From Octopus vulgaris (lineage: Eukaryota): DNA of 64,000 nucleotides. This document shows positions 55,557 through 64,000 of this stretch, in pieces. The stretch spans positions 16,616,001 to 16,680,000 of the forward strand of contig OX597814.1 of NCBI GenBank assembly GCA_951406725.2, in the 5' to 3' direction. Both the position numbers and the translations under genes were made by a program. The notes under the pieces are model-generated. The model did not search any database. It worked only from the letters and a program-made list of their open reading frames with translations, and was not told where the DNA came from. Positions within the stretch are counted from its first letter, which is position 1. Every line of letters begins with the position of its first letter.

Positions 55557-56591
55557 GTATATGCGTGTATGCATCTACGTATGTACACGCATAAACATAC
55601 GGAATGATTTTTTTTGTATTTTCATATATTTTTGAAGTCACACTCCATACACGCCATCTCGATTTCTAATAATTTGAACGGGTTTTGAAAAAAAAAAATT
55701 AATAAATATGAGTTTAACTATGTGATATATCAACAACAGCAAGATGAACAACAAAATCAGCGTCGGTAACGTCAAAATCAACAACACAACATTAACCTAA
55801 AACAAAAAACAGACTTCCAAATATGAATACAATGGAAAGCAAATATGAATCTTTCTTTTGTAAGAAACTTGGTAAATAAATAGTTCAGCCGTTTAATAAG
55901 AAAATATGAAATATTTTAGGTGTTTATCTAGAAGTGCATACGAAGACACACAGACGTCCACACTCGTGTATATAAATACATATCTATCTACATAAGAGTG
56001 TGAGTGTATGTATGTGTGTGTAAGCCTTTAAAAGAACAACGTCGAAATAACGAGCATTCTGTGTGTGAGTATCTATCTATCTATCTATCTATCTATCTAA
56101 CTGTCTATCTATCTATACATATATATACATATATATACACATATATGTATACATATATATCTATACATACATATATACAAATATATACATATACATATAT
56201 ATACATATATATGCATATATATATACATATATATATATACATATACATATATATATTTATACATATATGTACATATATATATATATACATATATACAGAT
56301 ATATTTATTTATATATTATGCACACGATTGCATATACGTACATAGATACAGGTATGCATATAAATATGAATATATAGATATGTGAGTGTGTGTGGGTGTA
56401 TTAATGTGTGTGTGTCGTTCTGCCTGTGAATGTCGGAAGTTCCAACGCGCACTCGTGCAGAAAAGTAAACACATAGACATGAAACAGCCGCATTGAGACC
56501 CAGACAACAGATATCATTTATCGTTTGTTAAATTCGACACGAAACTTAAGATTTACTCAATAACATATTTTGTGCCTTCTGCTTCATCTCC

Positions 56592-56649
<58 letters not shown>

Positions 56650-57390
56650 ACAGGTATATGACTATACAAACTGATATATATATATATACACACTCACACA
56701 AATGACACTGCCAGAATTTGTGGCGTGCGTGCGAGAGGGATAGTAGAAAATAAAGATAGAAAAATGTAGCATTCTGAGATATTTGAATATTCTTCACTAA
56801 ACATCGAATTAACAGTAGGAGTGTTTCACGAATTTTGATATATATATGTGTGTGTGTACCTTCATTTACATGCGTACAAATATAGACACACACATTGATA
56901 CATTCACACGAACTCACATATATATATATGCATACATACGTATATACATACAAACGTGCATATATAAAAGACAAATTGAATAATAAATGTCAACTATTCG
57001 TGATTGTCCTCAGGTTTTGAATGTATATTCTTATGAATTAATCAACATAGTTGTTTGTATATTTTGTTTAGGTTCATGTTTTGCAAATAAACACGCGATT
57101 TGATTAAATAATACACCAGATATCATAGTGTATCCACGCAAAGACACGCTCTCTACTTGATATCATTCGCCAATTTTGAATTTGAATTATTCGATCGTAG
57201 AAAGCATCAAACAAGTTGCTGAAAGAGAAAAATAATACTCTGGGTGTTTATTAACGTACGTATACCTTTCAATATAAATGCATACATAAACATTTGCATG
57301 GACAAAATACAAATACTTGGAATGGTTACACAGGTACGGTACGTTGTAGATATACAAACTTAAATACATTGATATACATGCATTTGTGTA

Positions 57391-57474
<84 letters not shown>

Positions 57475-58982
57475 ATATACAAAATTTCCATTCTATTCAA
57501 CGCAAGTTTTATTGAAATCTTTATATTTCGAATTATTTTAAAGATACAGCAGCAAGGATGCATATATTCGAGAGTCTCGTGCAAAATGGTACCACAAATC
57601 TTGTTTATCCATTCACACTATTGCAGCGTAGGTAAACTATCTACAATCACTTTATCCGATACACAGATGCCTTTTCACAAAAAAGTATGCATTTAAAATT
57701 CCTTAGAAATACTGCACTGTATCGGAAAATATTATATCGCAGAATATCCCCGAGGTAAAAATATGAGCCTTGAGTACACAAAACGTGTTTACCTCCAGTT
57801 CTGAGTTATTCATTGAAAAATTTTATCATAATTTCGTTCACTTTTACTGTAGAGTCCTTCTTCTCATAGATATAGCTCGTAGGGTCTGAAATCTGGTTAA
57901 TTTGCAATTGATGCGACGTAAAATATCAACGCCAATAGTGTTCATACTGTTCTTCCTTTGCTTGCTATCCTCACGGAAAACCATTGATATAGTCGTAGCA
58001 CCAGGTAATTTTGTCTCTGTTGTTATTTACTCTGCTAAGAAAATGTATTCAGATACTCTTACAACCATTCAAAAAGAATATTGATACTTTGCATTAAGAT
58101 ATGTTATTATAGCTTAGTCAAATGAGGAATGGATGCGCCTTAACAGGTCTTGCGTGACTAGCGAGAGGCAGTTAAACTTAGAACAAAGATATGGTTCAAA
58201 TGTTTACAAAAGTATGGTCTTAGATAAATTTATCTAATTGGCTAATTGTGGCGGCAAATAAGATCGTCAAAGATGGTACGCTGTCATCACCATTCAGCTT
58301 CGTCAGTACTGTTTTAAAGCTCAACAAAACTAAGCGAATACATTGAAATATTGTTCTTTTATAAGCTGAGCTAAACATCTCCATAAAAACGGCTTCATAC
58401 GTAATCGCAATACTCTCAGTTCTGTGTATACCCAGCATTTTCGTTTATATTTGTAACCACTGTTATCAGATATATACATTTGCAAAAGTTCCACCTTCCA
58501 AATATTTTATATCTGTCATTCTAATTATACTCAACTTCGAAACATTCAGTTTTAGCCTTGCACATTTCAAAACTCTGAAAAACTTTTTGAATACTTCAAA
58601 GTAACTGTAGTTTTGGTCCGATGGTTTCTTTGCATGCAAATATCTGACATACTCACCTCTTTTCAGAGAACTGGCGTCTGGCTTTAAACTTTTAACTACT
58701 CACGCAACTTCTATTTAAATATTTTATTTTATTACTGAATATTTACTTTGATTCATGACTATTTGCCGTTTTTAATTCGCAATCCTTAGGAAAATCTGAA
58801 TCAAACCGAAATAAGTATTACAGCAAGAATTCGGATAGATTCTGGAGACACGAAATGGGTTGAAAGTCGAAATAAAAAGGAAACAATGACTTAAAAGCTG
58901 TATTTTGTTTTGTTTAATTTTCATTTCAAACGACAGGCCTCTCTAATAACGTTTATGTTATTTAGTTTTAAACAAAACAAAA

Positions 58983-59042
58983 TATCAACACGTTCAAATT
59001 CAGTCAGTTGGCGATCACTGACTGAATTTGAACCTGTTGATA
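58983..59042. repeat. Near-perfect 60-nt hairpin
   Basis: 26-bp arms with one C-C mismatch; 8-nt loop tggcgatc. Confidence 0.9.
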
Positions 59043-59207
59043 AAGAACCATCACAGATCCTTATATGGTTGAAAATCTTTTCTCACTAATATTATCATTG
59101 TGAAAATCATTTTGGTGCTCATAACGATGATCATGATGACCAGGATGAGGAAATTTCTTTCCTACCCTCACACCACGCACATTCATCTACATACATACAT
59201 ACATACA

Positions 59208-59238
<31 letters not shown>

Positions 59239-59817
59239 CATCTTCATCAGTTATTGCTTTCTACCTTCTCATTCCACTTTCCCCTTCAAACGCATATATG
59301 CACTCTCTTTCCTTTTCTCTTACTTTCCCTATCAACTGTTGCCCTCTTTTTCTCCTTTTTCTTTTTCTTTCTTTTGTTCTATCGAGTGAATAAAGAATTT
59401 GTTAATAGTTTGAATAAAAATAGCCTCGTCCAGATCAAACCGCTGACTGGAAATGTGCTAAAACAAGCTGTCAGTGATGATGACGATGTCAATACATTTT
59501 TCAATCAACACTAAATAAACAATAGGAAATTGAATATAATACTATTTTGATTATATTCGTTATAATTGCAATGTTGTGGCAAGGCAATGCACTGTAAGGT
59601 AACGCAAAATAATGCAAATGCAATGAAGTCAGACTGACAGACAGACAAGAAATCAGGAAGACTTGGCAGAAAGATAGGCAGCGGAAAGAAGAAGCAAAAA
59701 CATAAAATATAAATAAAAAAAAAGAAAAGTTGTTGTGAAAGAAAGCCAATTGAAGTTATTACTTGTTAAATAAAGAAAAAGGGGACAAAAGAAAAAAGGT
59801 CATACGACCATCAGATA

Positions 59818-60134
59818 GAAGAAGAAGAAGAAGAAGAAGAAGAAGAAGAAGAAGAAGAAGAAGAAGAAGAAAAAGAAGATGAAGGAGACGAAGAAGAAGG
59901 AGACGAAGAAGCCGAAGAAGAAGAAGAAAATAAGAAGAAGAAGAAAAGAAGAAGAAGAAGAAGAAGAAGAAGAAGAAGAAGAAGAAGAAGAAGGAGACGA
60001 AGAAGAAGAAGAAGACGAAGAAGCCGAAGAAGAAGAAGAAGAAGAAGAAAAGAAGAAGAAGAAGAAGAAGAAGAAGAAGAAGAAGAAGAAGAAGAAGAAG
60101 AAGAAGAAGAAGAAGAAGAAGAAGAAGAAGAAGA
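59818..60134. repeat. (GAA)n microsatellite
   Basis: Direct reading. Confidence 0.98.
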
Positions 60135-60666
60135 ATGAAACCAAAGAAAATATAAAGGGACGGACATGATAGTAAAAGTAAAATAAAATAGAATAAAGTA
60201 TAAAATAAAATAGCTAATATGAATATCATACATGGCGCATAACGAGGTGAACGTTAGGATATTTTTAGCGAAAATAAAACAAAGAAAATGAAAACATTCT
60301 CATTTTCTTTTTGTACCTGGAATGAATTTCGTTGCAGATAATAGCAGCAGACAGTGCCAACTAAAGGTATGTTCCAATATAAGAGAAAACCAGTGTTCCG
60401 TGAAAGAATCAAAATAATTTGCAAGAGGTGTGAGGGTTTGTTGAGCTGGGTGAGTCGAAACGAAATGAATGATACAAAGAAATTTAATTCAATTATTCAT
60501 ATGTTATCAGATGGTATCGCTTCTTAAGTCATATAAAAACAGTGTACAACTACGTGTTTATTAATGACACCGATGTAAGTAGAGGGTACGTGAGGGATGT
60601 TATTTATAAGATGATGGGTTTCATCGCTGTGGGCGTATTGGTAAGCGCATGTACATGTGTAAATAA

Positions 60667-60712
<46 letters not shown>

Positions 60713-60716
<4 letters not shown>

Positions 60717-60940
60717 CGGCAGCTGGCAGAAACATTAGCATGCCGGGCGAAATGCTTAGCGGTATTTTGTCTGCCGCTACGTTCTGAGTTCAAATTCCGC
60801 CGAGGTCGACTTTGCCTTTCATCCTTTCGGGGTCGATAAATTAAGTACCAGTTCACTGGGGTCGATGTAATCGACTTAATCCGTTTGTCTGTCCTTGTTT
60901 GTCCCCTCTGTGTTTAGCCCCTTATGGGTAGTAAAGAAAT
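60713..60940 (+). mobile_element. SINE family B
   Basis: Well-preserved copy with Nin-like gcctttcatcctttcggggtcgataaattaagtaccag. Confidence 0.92.
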
Positions 60941-60960
60941 ATATATATATATATGCGTGT

Positions 60961-61232
60961 GTGGAGGCGCAATGACCCAGTTGTTAGGGCAGCGGACTCG
61001 CAGTTTCGATTCCCAGACCGGGCGTTGTGAGTGTTTCTTAAGCGAAAACACCTAAAGCTCCACGAGGCCCCGGCAGGGTGCGGTGGTGGTCCCTGCTGTA
61101 CTCTTTCGCCACAACTTTCTCTCACTCTTTCTTCGGAGTGGCGCCATTTGAAAGCTGAAACAATGCGAAGCGCATTGTGACCAGCCTTGTGTAGCAACAT
61201 CTGAGAGCCCGGTCGGTCACGATGATCACAGT
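60961..61232 (+). mobile_element. SINE family C (tail Z)
   Basis: Head C joined to tail ggagtggcgccatttgaaagctgaaacaatgcgaagcgcattgtgaccag. Confidence 0.85.
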
Positions 61233-62025
61233 GTTGCATCCCTTTCTATGTAAGATTGTTCTTAATATTAATTGATGCGCACTCTTAACCTTTCGCTCCC
61301 CTCCCTTTCTCAGCCTTCATTCTTTGGGCTTCCCTTTTCTTCCACTTTACTGTCTCTCCCTCTCTCTCTCTCATTATTCATTCTTTTTTCTCTACAACCA
61401 TTTCCCTTCCTTTCTCTCTTCTTTTCTCTCCCCTTCTCCTACTCCTCCTCCTCCCTGCCGTCGCGGTCACGTGATGAGAAGGCCATTTCTGTCTTTTCTT
61501 TCCTGGACTCCATCAAGTAGAGACGTTAATCTGTTCTCTCTAGCGTCTCAAACAATAGCGTTCGTAAAAGTTTTTTATCTCGTTTGGCTTAACAGCCCTT
61601 CTTGTTTGTGTTACTGTTATTCTCTGTCCTGTCTTTTACTGTTTATATTTTGTACTGTCGTTACTGTCCTGTTTTTGTTACCCTTTTTACCCCTCCGCAA
61701 AAAAATCTCAAATTTTATTTGATTTGATTTTCGCGGGAAGGAAAATTTCATTGAAGTCATGTATCGCCTTGACCTTCGAAACGTGGAGTAGATGAAATTA
61801 AGGCGACTGAAGAAGGGGAATTTTCTTTGTTTTGTATGTCCTGTACTCTATTTTTTCGTTGTTTAGAATAATGTCCATTTCCTTGGTTTTGTGTTTATGT
61901 TTTCGTTTCTCATTGTGTTCGACGTTTTTTTGGTGTCCTGTACCCATATATGCATGTATATATACATGTAGAGGTAGGTACGTACATATATGTATGTATA
62001 TATGCATATATTTTATTTATTTATT

Positions 62026-62173
<148 letters not shown>

Positions 62174-62489
62174 GTGTGTATGTGTATTTGTACAAGTGCT
62201 ACATATGTGTTGCAGTCATGTACTTGTATGTGCTTGTATAAACGTATTTGAATGTGTGAATGTGTGGATGCGTGTAGGTGTGCGTGTATGGCCGAGAGAA
62301 AGAATGACAGGGAGGCGGAAAAAGAGAGGATGCAAGAATAAAATTGATCTTATGTCAATAACAGTTGTGATAAAGGTTCGACTCTCCAAAGAGCAGTTTC
62401 AAATACTTTGTCAATTCAAATTCTACCAGCAGTGAATGGGCGGACGTGATTTTGCGAAACTCTCGCAGTTTGTTATTGTGGCCTACTTA

Positions 62490-62850
62490 TTTTCAACCAA
62501 CAATGACAGAGACTGCCTAACACAACTCTTACATCACCTTGATGACATCCTAAAGGGTCTGGAAGAGGACCCCAATGCAGATATCATATATTTTAACTTC
62601 AGCAACGCCTTCGACAAGGATGGCCTCAGTATCCTATCAAAAATTTATCGAAAATTGGAGTCCGAAGGCAACCGTTAAAGTGGATAAAGTATTTTCTGGT
62701 GAACAGAAATCAGCATTTGGTGATAGATGGTGTTCCATCAAGCTCGGCAAGAATCCTTATGGAGTCCCATAATGCACAGTATTGGGTCCAGTCCTTTTCA
62801 TTATTTATATCAATGCTATCATTGACGTTATCAAGCACAGCAACATTAGA
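62490..62850 (+). mobile_element. Degenerate CR1-type RT fragment
   Basis: RDCLTQLLHH, ADIIYFNFSNAFDK, GPVLFIIYIN. Confidence 0.8.
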
Positions 62851-62859
62851 ATTTCTCAG

Positions 62860-63420
62860 AATCTTTATGCAAATGCATCAGTTGTAGTTATGTATTTCTC
62901 CAAAGCATATAATTGCGTCGACAGAAAAACCTACGTTAGATATAGGGAAGCATCACAGGTGAAATCGTGAAAGTCATCATGTTTGAAAATCCATCAGAGT
63001 TTATTCAAAGTACAAATGTTTCCTTTGAGACTAATGGACTACATTCTTACGATAGGTTTCGATCACATCGAGGTAAAAGCCTCAGTAATAATACAAAAGC
63101 TTTCATAACGTCATTAGTGAGTACGAGCTGCTCTATGATCTTCACTTTGCTGATGATCGTACCCTTCAGTTCATCAACAATATTCTTGTTAATATTACTT
63201 CATAATGCAAAGAAGACTGAATACATGATCATATCTTACGATAAAAGTCACCTACCAAGGATAGCACACGACTCAAGTATCATATAACTTAGGTCCTACT
63301 TTCCAAGTAGTAAGATCGCTTTTTGATAAAATCAGTATGAGAGTATGACGTGTATGGCTCTTTGAATTAATAGCGAAAGATATGATTTCGTCTACTTATG
63401 AACTAAGATGCCTTTGCACA
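62860..63420 (+). mobile_element. Degenerate RTE-like RT fragment
   Basis: FSKAYNCVDR and LHNAKKTEYM remnants. Confidence 0.5.
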
Positions 63421-64000
63421 GAGGCGTGAATGCAGATCATACACGCACAAGTAAAAAACAAATTGCTCAATCAAACATATTCAGTCTTCTTTACATTTCT
63501 TTCAGCCATTTGAAATCAGCACAGTAGGTTTTCTTCTGGCTGAACATCTCTGACATTCATCCACCATTCATTACGTTTTCACCCTAGTTTCGACAATTAT
63601 ACCATCTAAAAAATAATCTCCAAAATAATAAAGCGCACTCGTTTCTTCCCTATTGAATTCTCTCCAAATTTGTCAATAACTACTGAAATCTTAAACAAAT
63701 GTTTCTTAAAATGAAAATTTTCATGTTTTCTTTACATAATCGTTAAAAGATTTACGCAACAACTTGAAGAGACTCTTAGTTGTAATGTAAACTGCATGTA
63801 TACATACATGCATCCGTTTTAATCTTCCGTGAAAGGCTGTAAAGTTTGTAAATTGTACTCTTCGTTATATTACAGCATAATTGTATCTATGGTTGCGTAT
63901 GTGCATATTCACATGCATATTCATTTACATATCTGTGACAAACAATGTAGCATCGCTTATGGAATTAACGCAGTTTACGAGACTGCAGTCAACTGATGGG

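Noticed and set aside
61755-61835. CGAAAC...CTGAAGA permuted (type II/III) hammerhead
   Set aside because: Stem I/III pairing cannot be completed in either topology, here or in the homologue near 16310-16360

Overview
AT-rich, gene-poor metazoan DNA made almost entirely of microsatellites and transposable-element copies. The SINE repertoire and repeat landscape suggest an octopus/coleoid cephalopod genome (inference). No host protein-coding gene can be supported. The only long ORFs (8302-9633, 9489-10046, 10095-12026) belong to two different CR1-type LINEs joined head-to-tail. Also present are degenerate CR1, RTE-like, R4/Dong, Penelope, Tc1, Mariner-MITE, Gypsy-like and possibly Academ-like relics, and about 30 copies of several tRNA-derived SINE families with swapped modules. 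The most notable non-coding signal is a set of type I hammerhead ribozyme (HHR) motifs: a ~361-bp, direct-repeat-bounded, rod-like retrozyme-like unit whose HHR carries the compensatory U3:A8 core (33808-34203), a 256-bp fold-back with two back-to-back HHRs (26967-27222), and further solo or degenerate HHRs. A tiny TG..CA LTR-like element carrying internal, tandemly repeated tRNA-Ser primer-binding sites occurs twice. All calls are from visual reading; coordinates of degenerate repeats are approximate.
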